A stretch of DNA of 44,824 nt, taken from positions 1-44,824 of IMG/VR virus record IMGVR_UViG_2778261573_000004, one strand, 5' to 3'. Under the pieces are notes generated by a model. It saw only the letters and a program-made list of their open reading frames with translations, was not told where the DNA came from and made no database searches. This stretch comes from a virus (Duplodnaviria; Heunggongvirae; Uroviricota; Caudoviricetes). The position numbers and the translations under genes are program-made. This document shows, in pieces, positions 1 to 8,479 of this stretch (position 1 is its first letter; every line of letters begins with the position of its first letter).

Positions 1-549
1 TCAGCTAGCTGGAAACTTTTTATACAGAGTTGAGAGCCCTACTCCATACGTTTTTGATACGCTTTGTCGTGATTCACCGGTTGCCATCCGCTCCCCCATT
101 TCCCGCCATTGCTCATCCGTGAACTTAGGCCTGCGACCACCAACTCGCCCTTTTGCCCTGGCTACGGCCAGCCCTGCTAAGGTACGTTCGCTATTAAGAT
201 CAGATTCATATTGTGCTGCGGAAAGGATGTTACGAAAGTTATAGCGGCCGCTGGCTGTTTTGAGATCCACGCCATCGGTAATACTGCGGAAGTTGATACC
301 CTTTTCCTGTAACTGCTGGAACATCAACAGCGCATGCAGAACGTTGCGGCCTATCCTGTCCAGCTTCCAGACCACCAGTTCATCCCCCGGCTGCATAGTG
401 GCGATCAGCCGTTTTAGAACCGGCCGATTCGATTTCCTCCCGCTGGCATGCTCTTCAAAAATTTTCTCACAACCCGCTGACTTGAGCGCCGTTAGTTGCA
501 ATTCAGTGTCCTGGTGGTTTGTTGATACTCGGGCATAACCGTAAATCAT
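1..549 (-). CDS. pin: Serine recombinase, DNA invertase (Pin/Gin/Hin/Cin family)
   Basis: Protein from MIYGYARVSTNHQDTELQ has the resolvase-type N-terminal catalytic Ser motif and a C-terminal HTH; ATG at 549-547 with RBS AGGAGA upstream; lies next to an invertible tail-fibre segment. The longer ORF to 708 is rejected as an upstream extension. Confidence 0.9.
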   Translation of the reverse strand: MIYGYARVSTNHQDTELQLTALKSAGCEKIFEEHASGRKSNRPVLKRLIATMQPGDELVVWKLDRIGRNVLHALLMFQQLQEKGINFRSITDGVDLKTASGRYNFRNILSAAQYESDLNSERTLAGLAVARAKGRVGGRRPKFTDEQWREMGERMATGESRQSVSKTYGVGLSTLYKKFPAS

Positions 550-608
550 GGGATTTCTCCTGTTATGAAAACAGGAGAAACGGCGAAGCATCACCAGATT
601 TTTGATGG

Positions 609-634
609 TTATAAAAAAGGTTGGTTTGGGAGAA
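609..634. other. Invertase crossover site, left copy (cix/gix-like)
   Basis: Reverse complement reads TTCTCCCAAACCAACC..., sharing 14 identical nt (TTCTCCCAAACCAA) in inverted orientation with the site at 2554-2579; both sites encode the same peptide LGLGE in the two alternative fibre reading frames. Confidence 0.75.
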
Positions 635-1075
635 GCGGCAAAACGAAATGTGGGCAACGGGGAAAACCAAATCCCTGATATGTCTTTCTGGACGGTTACT
701 GGTGGCAATGGAAATTTTGTGATTCGTCAACCTGACGGGCTAATCATTCAGATGGTTACTGTAAGTATAAGCGGTCCAGTGGCGATGAATGGAATGACTG
801 ATAATGCTTATGCCATTACAGGTTCTAATAAGTCTTATATTGCCACAGCCACATTGCCCTTTGTATTTCCTAATAAGGTGCTGGGCGTTATCCCTCTGGT
901 ATCAACAACAGCTTATGGTGGTGTATCCAGTAATATTACAGGTTCATACGCGACGGCGGTTTGTTCTTTTGCCGCTGTTAGGGGGAATAATACGATTGTG
1001 TTCAAAGTCGACAAACCACTGAATGCAGCCTTTCCTTCAGATACCAGCGTCTCAGCGTTAATCATTGGACGGTAA
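621..1075 (+). CDS. Alternative tail-fibre C-terminal variable segment (silent orientation, expressed only after inversion)
   Basis: ORF 602-1075 has no independent start context but begins with the peptide KVGLGE encoded by the crossover site; after inversion it would fuse in frame to the constant N-terminal part of the fibre gene at 2580-2850. Confidence 0.6.
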
Positions 1076-1077
1076 GA

Positions 1078-1521
1078 ATGAACTCAGTATTCTTTTCACC
1101 CGCAAGTAAAAGTTTTTATCTGCAAGAATTGTTTCCAGAATATGAGGATGCGGGAACGCTTCCTGATGATGTTATTGAAATTACCAGAGAAACATATGAG
1201 CAATTTCTTGGGCTGCATCCAGAAGGGAAAGAAATTGGCGCTGACAGTTCAGGACGGCCAATATGGATTAATTCCCCGCCGCCTTCAAAAGAGGATGAGA
1301 TGCTGGCGGCTGAAATGAAAAAGATATCTTTGGTTTCAGAAGTCAATACCTACATCAATACCCATCAGTGGCCTGGCAAAGCTGCTATTGGTCGTCTGAA
1401 AGGTTACGAGCTGGAACAATATAATTTATGGCTGGATTATCTGGACGCACTGGAACTGGTTGATACCTCCAGTGCTCCAGATATTGAATGGCCTACGCCT
1501 CCGGTAGTTCAGGCCAGATGA
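1078..1521 (+). CDS. Tail fibre assembly chaperone, alternative copy (Tfa/U-prime-like)
   Basis: 147 aa ending in the conserved Tfa-type C-terminus (IEWPTPP); immediately follows the alternative fibre segment inside the invertible region. Confidence 0.65.
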   Translation: MNSVFFSPASKSFYLQELFPEYEDAGTLPDDVIEITRETYEQFLGLHPEGKEIGADSSGRPIWINSPPPSKEDEMLAAEMKKISLVSEVNTYINTHQWPGKAAIGRLKGYELEQYNLWLDYLDALELVDTSSAPDIEWPTPPVVQAR

Positions 1522-2098
1522 CATCCGACGCGGTGCTGGTATCTGTTGCAGTCACCGCGTCAATGTAATCCAGCACAGCGTTAAGCCGGGTTGTTTCTGC
1601 CTGCGTCAGCTTCCGCCCGGCCTGCAATTTCAGCTGAATCAGACTAATGGAAGCCATAGCAGCATCAATCAGTGACTGGCGCCGTACTTCTGCCGCGTCT
1701 ACTGCGGCGTTATGCTGTGCCTCAGTATCGGTCACCCATTTCTCACCATCCCATTTATCGTATGACGTTAACGGGGCGATAGTGGTTGTATTTTCAGGGT
1801 AATCACCCGGAACTGTGATTTCTTTTGATTCTCCTGTTTCGGTGCTATAGACGATTTCACCGCGATGGTCTGGCACATATTCCCATGAGTTAAAATCTGC
1901 AGAACGGCAAATTGCATAACCAGCTTTATATGAGCCAGGAGCATCTAAACAGGAACATGCCGGGATACCGACACCCACAGCAAGATATTCAGTTGATGTG
2001 GAAATATATTCCCGTGTTTCACCATCATAATTATAAACGGTAATGTCTCCGGCCTTTGTGGCGATGAGTTCATTATTTAATACAGCTTTACTTATCAT
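1493..2098 (-). CDS. Tail fibre assembly chaperone (Tfa/U-like)
   Basis: 201 aa, C-terminal VIWPELPEA motif typical of tail fibre assembly proteins; overlaps the fibre gene stop by 4 nt; inside the invertible segment. Confidence 0.75.
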   Translation of the reverse strand: MISKAVLNNELIATKAGDITVYNYDGETREYISTSTEYLAVGVGIPACSCLDAPGSYKAGYAICRSADFNSWEYVPDHRGEIVYSTETGESKEITVPGDYPENTTTIAPLTSYDKWDGEKWVTDTEAQHNAAVDAAEVRRQSLIDAAMASISLIQLKLQAGRKLTQAETTRLNAVLDYIDAVTATDTSTASDVIWPELPEA

Positions 2099-2850
2099 GC
2101 AGCCCTCACAATATAATTAAAGGCGATGTTACGGGAGCGGGTTTCAGATGCTGTGCGAACTGAGCGAGATGCGTCGAATGTCCAGTTATAAGCGCCATAA
2201 CCCTCAATAATTTCGGTTTCCTTTAGACCTGTAGATAATACTTGCCCATGTTGACTAAATGGCCCTGAACTAAGTACGTCTCTAAAAAGCTGGGTACGCC
2301 CAAAAGAACCAACAATATTCTGAATTGCATCATTCTGTGCAGATAATAAGTTACGACCAGAGTCAATCCCGCGCCCATCATCCCAGCCACGAATAAATTC
2401 ACCGCGTAAATCTGGTAATTTTAATGTTGGGTAAGCCTTTGCCAGATTTGGGTACTTTTCAGAAGAAAATACTGCTCCGTTACATTTTAGCCACCCCGTT
2501 GGCGGAGTGGCTGAAGGCCACGGAACAGGCACACCAACCGGTAATGCAGAGCCTTCTCCCAAACCAAGGTTTGTGAGAGCCGTAGAAATCGCCGCTGCAC
2601 CATCTGATTTGATATCGGCAAATGGGTTTGCACGGCTCAGTGTGAGTTTTTGAATGGCTTTTAAAACCTGAGTCATATCGTTAATGTCGAGCGCCAATCC
2701 TGCTGACTCTACGATATGCGCTAACTCTTCCTGCATGGCATTAAACGCTGCTGCCCGCAGCCTCGTTGCGGCAATACCACCAGCAACACTTCCATCAGTA
2801 TATTTGCCATCCTGCGTTGCAGTGGCTTCGACTTGCCCGATTCGGAGCAT
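2095..2850 (-). CDS. Tail fibre protein, constant N-terminus plus currently expressed variable C-terminus with tail-collar-like motif
   Basis: 251 aa; the crossover site at 2554-2579 falls inside the gene (peptide NLGLGE); C-terminal part carries WLKCNGAVFSSEKYPNLAKAY...LPDLRGEFIRGWDDGRGID, resembling phage tail-collar fibre domains. Confidence 0.8.
   Translation of the reverse strand: MLRIGQVEATATQDGKYTDGSVAGGIAATRLRAAAFNAMQEELAHIVESAGLALDINDMTQVLKAIQKLTLSRANPFADIKSDGAAAISTALTNLGLGEGSALPVGVPVPWPSATPPTGWLKCNGAVFSSEKYPNLAKAYPTLKLPDLRGEFIRGWDDGRGIDSGRNLLSAQNDAIQNIVGSFGRTQLFRDVLSSGPFSQHGQVLSTGLKETEIIEGYGAYNWTFDASRSVRTASETRSRNIAFNYIVRAA
2554..2579. other. Invertase crossover site, right copy (cix/gix-like)
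   Basis: TTCTCCCAAACCAAGGTTTGTGAGAG, a 12-2-12 imperfect palindrome with central AA, typical of hix/gix/cix sites; inverted copy of the 609-634 site. Confidence 0.75.
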
Positions 2851-2901
2851 AGTTAATCCTCACTTAGTGTTAAGCGATAAAATCAGAGGGGGAAATATCA
2901 G

Positions 2902-3495
2902 TTATGAATAATTGAAAATGATGTTCAGATGGGATGGGGCAATTTTGTTGATTGAACACTCCAGTTGTTTATTGCCCCACGATGCGAGCGGATCTCCGCA
3001 GTAGGACGCGCCAGCAAGCGAATACTTGATCGTTGTTTGTGGCGCATTTATCCGCCAGGTAAATGGCCACTCGTCACCGTTAAGCGCATCACCGCATACT
3101 GACATGCCACTCATAGCGGGCCGGAACTGTGTGATAGTGATGGTATAACCAAGAGCTGCAGCCACCCGGATGTAATAATCGCGGTTCAGGCCGCCGGTGC
3201 TGATTAACTTTGCCACCACGGCGCGCTGGCGATCGCTGACGCCACCGGATTCACCAATCGCACAATCATCTGGTAACCCCAGAGAGCTTTCCCATTCTGA
3301 CAACATTACCGTCGCTGTAGGGGGAAAAGCACCAGTAATCAGGCTTTGCGCATCGTTGTCAGAACGCTGAAACGCGCTGCCCAGTGCCCGTAATACCGCA
3401 GCCTGTACCGTTCTTTGCGACCGGGGCCACGCCCTGCCCGTCGGTAGCAGCGCACCAAGCGCACCGGCATAATCATTTTTTGAAAAGAGGCTCAT
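2902..3495 (-). CDS. Tail protein, Mu gp48-like (DUF2313-like)
   Basis: 197 aa ORF between baseplate J and the tail fibre, the position of Mu gp48; 4-nt overlap with the upstream gene. Family assignment is from memory of this gene order and is not verified. Confidence 0.55.
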   Translation of the reverse strand: MSLFSKNDYAGALGALLPTGRAWPRSQRTVQAAVLRALGSAFQRSDNDAQSLITGAFPPTATVMLSEWESSLGLPDDCAIGESGGVSDRQRAVVAKLISTGGLNRDYYIRVAAALGYTITITQFRPAMSGMSVCGDALNGDEWPFTWRINAPQTTIKYSLAGASYCGDPLASWGNKQLECSINKIAPSHLNIIFNYS

Positions 3496-4634
3496 ACAAA
3501 ATTCACCCCGCCAAGCACCGGAATTTCGCCAACAGCAAAGGTGATATTGGCCGTCGGAGAGTTAAGAATATAGCCCGTCGTGCCGCTAACACCGCCGATA
3601 CTCCCGTTAATATCAGAGAGGTAAACTTTCCCAGAACCATCAGGGTTAGCTTCATCAAAAAACAGCGCCGTCAGCGCGTCTTTTATCCCCTGAACTGTGG
3701 TGCTGTCGGCATTTTTGATCCCAGAGATTTCAATATTGATGACTTTCTTGATCGGGGAACATACGAAAACAATGGCAGTGTCTGTCTGCTGCGGATAGAT
3801 GTGGTCGGCGACAGCGAGCTGGTCTCCGGTGGCTTTAACAGCCCCCCAGTCCTCAAGTTGGGATATTCCGTCGGTACCGACCGGAAACCCACCATTGTCA
3901 TTCCGATCACACATGATATACACGCCAACGGTCCCGGCCCCGTTCAGACGCCGCTTTACCCACGCGCGGGTGACGCCCGAAACCTCAAGCGCCCATTTTT
4001 TATAATCGGCGTCGCTTCCACCCTGAGGCGGATTCTGCCATGCCAGCAAGCCACGACTGCGAAAATCCTCTTCCGTTTCAATATCGGCTCCGCCGGTCGC
4101 AGCGGACAGTAACGTTACCTGTGGATCCACGCCAGCAATATTCGCGTCCAGGGTCATTATGGTCCCGGCATCAGCGTTACCGCGCGCGCCTCCACCCGTT
4201 ACATCACTGGTAATATCCGGCAGTATGGCCGTCACCGCGACGATACCAAATCCATCTGCCTGAATTTTAAGATCTGCATCCGTCCGGTACTGGTATCCGT
4301 CCCCGCGGTTAATGATCGAGCCAACAGGGATAATACAGTCAACACTGCCACTAGCCTGTACCGCAGGCGACTTCGCCGCTGCAGCTGGTTTTCTGAATAC
4401 CTGCTTAAGGGCCATCCACCCGGCGAGATACTCATCGGTAGAGGTAAACGGGTTTGTCTGCAGGGCAATATAGTCAAGGTAGGCGTAATGCAGATGCCCC
4501 ATCCCCGCATCCATGTCAGCCAGTACCTTCAGGTTCGCGAAGCGCAGGAGCGCACCAACATCCTCAAGCTCCGCCTGCATAAATTTCCGGTTTCCGTCGC
4601 GGAGTTCGCTCAGCGTCGGTCGTTTAAACGGCAT
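3492..4634 (-). CDS. Baseplate J-like protein (Mu gp47-like)
   Basis: Start taken at MPFKRPTLSEL (ATG 4634-4632), directly after the stop of the upstream gene; size and position match baseplate J. The 5-prime ORF extension to 4772 is rejected. Confidence 0.75.
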   Translation of the reverse strand: MPFKRPTLSELRDGNRKFMQAELEDVGALLRFANLKVLADMDAGMGHLHYAYLDYIALQTNPFTSTDEYLAGWMALKQVFRKPAAAAKSPAVQASGSVDCIIPVGSIINRGDGYQYRTDADLKIQADGFGIVAVTAILPDITSDVTGGGARGNADAGTIMTLDANIAGVDPQVTLLSAATGGADIETEEDFRSRGLLAWQNPPQGGSDADYKKWALEVSGVTRAWVKRRLNGAGTVGVYIMCDRNDNGGFPVGTDGISQLEDWGAVKATGDQLAVADHIYPQQTDTAIVFVCSPIKKVINIEISGIKNADSTTVQGIKDALTALFFDEANPDGSGKVYLSDINGSIGGVSGTTGYILNSPTANITFAVGEIPVLGGVNFV

Positions 4635-4635
4635 A

Positions 4636-5073
4636 TTAACGTTGCTCCCATATCCAGTAAAACCTGAATTCCTGCCAGTCCTTCCCCGGTGCCTGATAGC
4701 GGATAATGAGATTGAGCCGGTCAGGCAGGACGATCCTTGCAACAGGAATAACCTCGCTGACAACGCCATCAACCTTTAACCAGTTGAGCGCTTCACTCGA
4801 GTATTCCTCCGCTTTTTTTGCTACATCCGGGGTCAGTTTTTTCCGCCGTAGCAGCCACAGCCGGGATCCCAGTTGGGATTCCTCCCCGGAATCCCCCCAC
4901 CAGCCGCGGCGATCGCTATCCTCATAATTATCGTCAGCGCGCGCCAGCCTGTCGGTAAACAGGCTGTCCAGTATTGCAGTCTGTAAATCGTTCCCCGTGG
5001 TGAGTTCACCCAGCCCTTTCTGCCAGTCAGCAAACATCTCATCCACATTCCAGAATGAAGCGATGTCACTCAT
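4636..5073 (-). CDS. Baseplate protein, GP46 family (Mu gp46-like)
   Basis: 145 aa, conserved order between the gp45-like and gp47-like genes; overlapping start/stop with neighbours. Confidence 0.65.
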   Translation of the reverse strand: MSDIASFWNVDEMFADWQKGLGELTTGNDLQTAILDSLFTDRLARADDNYEDSDRRGWWGDSGEESQLGSRLWLLRRKKLTPDVAKKAEEYSSEALNWLKVDGVVSEVIPVARIVLPDRLNLIIRYQAPGKDWQEFRFYWIWEQR

Positions 5074-5654
5074 GTCACCTGATCCTCTGTTTTTTGGCTG
5101 CGGATATTGTCATTGCCACTCTGGGCATTTTTAACCACATGATCATGGTCATTATGTGCATCCCGCAGCTCTTTCAGTGTTCGGGTATTGGTTTCACAGT
5201 TATCAACAATGTCACCCGTGCACCTCAGGATCGGGGTATTTGCAAGGATCCCCTGGCTGGCATTGATGGTCACGTTAGTGGCGTTATTGACCTCAACATT
5301 CTGGCCCTTTGCATCCAGGAAGATCCCCTTCTCCGTCAGGAGAATATTAAGGCCCCACTGGTTATACATGACCGTTTCGCCCGCTTTCAGGCCTGTATGA
5401 CGGAACCCCTGATGGTTGGACGCAATTACCACCGCGCTGGAACGATCACCGCCAATAAAAGCCAGAACCACGTCAGTCCCTGACGGCAGGCCGGATGAAA
5501 AGCCAAATTCTGCCATCCGCGGAGCGCTGGCCACCTCCAGCGGAGTCTGGTACTGGATAGACTGCACCACCCCACCATCTTTCATAGCCGTGATCCGGCC
5601 AATCCCCAGCATGCCGGCGATCCTGGTCGCTGCATGTTTAAATAGTTGCTTCAT
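5070..5654 (-). CDS. Baseplate assembly protein V / spike (Mu gp45-like)
   Basis: 194 aa with a Gly/Val-rich beta-rich core; position between the gpD-like and gp46-like genes. Confidence 0.7.
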   Translation of the reverse strand: MKQLFKHAATRIAGMLGIGRITAMKDGGVVQSIQYQTPLEVASAPRMAEFGFSSGLPSGTDVVLAFIGGDRSSAVVIASNHQGFRHTGLKAGETVMYNQWGLNILLTEKGIFLDAKGQNVEVNNATNVTINASQGILANTPILRCTGDIVDNCETNTRTLKELRDAHNDHDHVVKNAQSGNDNIRSQKTEDQVT

Positions 5655-6736
5655 GTATTGAATCCCGCCAGGTTCTGGTAGAAGGCATATGGCTGAACGG
5701 AGAATGCTTCAGGCGGCATCAGCGTCATGCGTGCATGGGTGCCGTAGTCATCGCGCATATAGGTGACTTCTGCCAGTAGCAATTCAGTCTTCGGCAACCG
5801 TAAGGTGGGAAGATCAACGGGGATCAATGTGTTTGGTTCCCACAGTTTCCCGTCTTTATCCCGCCAGGAATCGATGGTTACCGAGAGCTGTTTTGAACGT
5901 CCGTACCGCCGGTTCATTTCCCAGTCGATCGCACTTTGTGCCTGTTGAGTAGCCATCAGGGTACTTTCCACAATCGATATATGTTTTCGGTACCGCATGC
6001 GGGCGGCCTCCGGATCTCTCGCCGTTGCCAGAGTCACAGCGTCATAGGCCGTATCAGGCGAATACCCTGCAATTGGAGAAACGCTCATTGATACACCGAC
6101 ATAATCTGAAAACCTGTCAGCCATCGATTTGCGGTAGTATGCCTGCTCGACATTTACCCCTTCGGCTATCCCACTTGCCGCACGACGTGTTCCCACCCGG
6201 GTCAGTAACAGGTTTCCATCGGGCTGATCGTAGTAAAGCAGAGCAGACCATCTGGCCACCCGATCGATGACTTCTTGCGGAGACTCACCCCAGTTCAGAG
6301 TGAACTGGGGTACCTTCACAAGTTCATCAACATCCGTGGTTACGGTGATGCCGTAGTAGGATGCCAGGCGAGAAGCAATTTCAAGCGCATTACTGGCATT
6401 GATGACGTTGTTAGGCCACTCGGCTGAGCAATCCACCAGGTCCTGACATTTGCTCCTGCCCGTGGCGCGGACCTCATGGCGGGAGCGCGATAGTGCGGGT
6501 TCCCAGTCATCAACATATCCCGTCAGTGTCAGATCATCTCCGATACGAACTTCACAAGACATTCCCTCTTCAACGAGTTGACGATCTTCGTTGCCAGGGA
6601 AGTAATCCATTAGCCCAAGATCGAAATCAGAGGGAAAACGCTCAATACCCCGCGTTACCCGGACAGAATCCCACCCCTCGATGATTTTGCCGTCGACCGT
6701 CAAAGAAACAACATCCAGATCGCTGTCTGCATTCAT
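5651..6736 (-). CDS. Tail protein, phage late control D-like (Mu gp44/P-like)
   Basis: 361 aa; N-terminus MNADSDLDVVSLTVDGKIIEGWDSVRVTRG is typical of gpD/gp44 baseplate hub proteins. Confidence 0.8.
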   Translation of the reverse strand: MNADSDLDVVSLTVDGKIIEGWDSVRVTRGIERFPSDFDLGLMDYFPGNEDRQLVEEGMSCEVRIGDDLTLTGYVDDWEPALSRSRHEVRATGRSKCQDLVDCSAEWPNNVINASNALEIASRLASYYGITVTTDVDELVKVPQFTLNWGESPQEVIDRVARWSALLYYDQPDGNLLLTRVGTRRAASGIAEGVNVEQAYYRKSMADRFSDYVGVSMSVSPIAGYSPDTAYDAVTLATARDPEAARMRYRKHISIVESTLMATQQAQSAIDWEMNRRYGRSKQLSVTIDSWRDKDGKLWEPNTLIPVDLPTLRLPKTELLLAEVTYMRDDYGTHARMTLMPPEAFSVQPYAFYQNLAGFNT

Positions 6737-8136
6737 TGCCTCAGTACCTTCATGGTTGTCGGCATAAACGCCGGATGCGGTACGCGCGCTTCCTGTACCA
6801 GTTCATCTGCACGGGTGGCATCCTGGTATAATCGGTTTGCCAGCGTCAGCGCCGGAAGCGGCTGAGCGGTAGTAACCTGCAGAAGCTCGCTCAGACCAGA
6901 AGCACGCTCACTCATCGTAGAAAGGAATGCCGATCTGACGGCGAGAAGCGCGTTATACATATCATCGTCCGCGCGGTCTCCAGCCAGAACCAGCGCCGTA
7001 TCAAGTTGCACAGAAACTCGTTGAGTTAACTCTTCTGCCTCGTCTGTACTGGCTGGTCTGGAGTCCGCAGCGGCACTGGTCATGGCACCAGTACATAGCA
7101 CAACAATCAGCGTGTTCATGGTCGCCGAAATCGCTTTGCTGCTGTCGGACTGCTGGTACTCCGTGCTGATTGAATTAGCCAGTTTTTCCAGCGCTGTGAT
7201 TCGGTCATTAACGCTGCCGGCGCTGTTAAGAATTGCGTTTACCACGTCGGCGACGCCCTGGACAAACTCATCAGGTGTGTTGGAGCTGCTAAGCTGGCTC
7301 GACCTGTCGGTAACATTTTTCCGGTCCATTACCGACTGGGCTGTTACCTTGTCAGCCAGTGCTCTCTCATCATCCACATCAGCAACTGACGATTTGCCAG
7401 CAACAGCAGAGGAACTACCGCCCACAGAGCCTTTACTGTAACGTCCGTACCGGGTATTCCCGAACGTGGAGTTCAGGACATTGCTGAGATTCGTGACCTG
7501 ACTGATGGTGCTGTCAACCATGTTAGTCCAGAACGTGACCGTGCCTCTGATGGTGTTTATAGCCTGTGTGACACCGCGGATTTCACTCTTAACTCTGGCA
7601 ATCGTGCTCAGCACAGCAGTGCTGACCAGTTTCAGATAGTTGGTTTTCACCGTGGCGCCTGCAACGGTACTGCCCGTGACAGCAAACACTTTAAGCCCTG
7701 ATTCAATTGCCATCAGGGTAAATTCAAATACTCGCCCGTTCTCCATCGAACCGGAAATACGCAAACCATTCTCAGGGATGGAAACCGTTAATTCGCCCAG
7801 TGTCGGATGGACAAGCGTACCGCTACCTTTTTGTTCACAGGCTTCAATCAGTGACTGGCGCTGCGTGATAGCATCGCCGCCGCCGTAAACCTGGCTGTTC
7901 TGGATCAAGAAACCGCGAATAACAAATCGCCGTGTTGCCCGCCCGATATCCTCTATCCAGGCTGTATCACGGTAGGGATATTCATGTACCGCCTGACGTC
8001 GGCCGTGGCTCCCTTCCTCAGCAACAATTGCAAATGGCACACCTCTGAATGAGCTGGGCCGTAACTGCCCCTGCCAGTCATCGCTGGTATCTCCCCCCAA
8101 AAGAGAAGTTATTGCGTCCTGGATAATTGACGGCAT
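6733..8136 (-). CDS. DNA circulation protein (Mu N/gp43-like)
   Basis: 467 aa; start ATG 8136-8134 with RBS GGAGG 4 nt upstream (the ORF track begins one codon earlier at GTG); position after the tape measure gene as in Mu. Confidence 0.7.
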   Translation of the reverse strand: MPSIIQDAITSLLGGDTSDDWQGQLRPSSFRGVPFAIVAEEGSHGRRQAVHEYPYRDTAWIEDIGRATRRFVIRGFLIQNSQVYGGGDAITQRQSLIEACEQKGSGTLVHPTLGELTVSIPENGLRISGSMENGRVFEFTLMAIESGLKVFAVTGSTVAGATVKTNYLKLVSTAVLSTIARVKSEIRGVTQAINTIRGTVTFWTNMVDSTISQVTNLSNVLNSTFGNTRYGRYSKGSVGGSSSAVAGKSSVADVDDERALADKVTAQSVMDRKNVTDRSSQLSSSNTPDEFVQGVADVVNAILNSAGSVNDRITALEKLANSISTEYQQSDSSKAISATMNTLIVVLCTGAMTSAAADSRPASTDEAEELTQRVSVQLDTALVLAGDRADDDMYNALLAVRSAFLSTMSERASGLSELLQVTTAQPLPALTLANRLYQDATRADELVQEARVPHPAFMPTTMKVLRQ

Positions 8137-8149
8137 CACGCCTCCGGAA

Positions 8150-8177
8150 ATAAAAAAACCGCCATGTCGGCGGTTTA
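8150..8177 (-). terminator. Rho-independent terminator after the small membrane ORF
   Basis: Minus-strand RNA AAACCGCCGACAUGGCGGUUU followed by UUUUUUUAUUU; perfect 5-bp GC stem, 5-nt loop. Confidence 0.7.
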
Positions 8178-8199
8178 CATATGCACTGAAATGACTTAT

Positions 8200-8448
8200 C
8201 TATTTATCGCTGGATCCATTACGGTCAAGAGATTCGGCGATCCTGTAAAGATGCTCAGTCGCCTTGAATGAGTTCATTAGGAACTCATAAAGCACACGTA
8301 AAAGCAATGCACTTACCACCGATATCGTAATCGCCGTGAAATTCATTGAGACAACAGAAAAAACGAGGAAAATGCCAATTACCAGGTAAACAAGCGCAAA
8401 AACCTTTGGAGTATAAATGGCTTTTGCTCCAAAAACTTTTTCATTCAT
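8200..8448 (-). CDS. Small hydrophobic membrane protein (cargo/moron candidate)
   Basis: 82 aa with a long hydrophobic stretch (VFALVYLVIGIFLVFSVVSMNFTAITISVVSALLL); RBS AGGAAG 5 nt before the ATG; followed by its own terminator; not part of the canonical Mu-like tail gene order. Confidence 0.55.
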   Translation of the reverse strand: MNEKVFGAKAIYTPKVFALVYLVIGIFLVFSVVSMNFTAITISVVSALLLRVLYEFLMNSFKATEHLYRIAESLDRNGSSDK

Positions 8449-8479
8449 AACTTCTTCCTTAACGAAATGACGACAGTGA

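Noticed and set aside
260-538. 92-aa plus-strand ORF
   Set aside because: Entirely antisense to the well-supported invertase gene; no RBS.
3384-4112. 242-aa plus-strand ORF
   Set aside because: Antisense to the baseplate J-like gene; Arg/Pro-rich composition consistent with the complementary strand of a GC-rich coding region.
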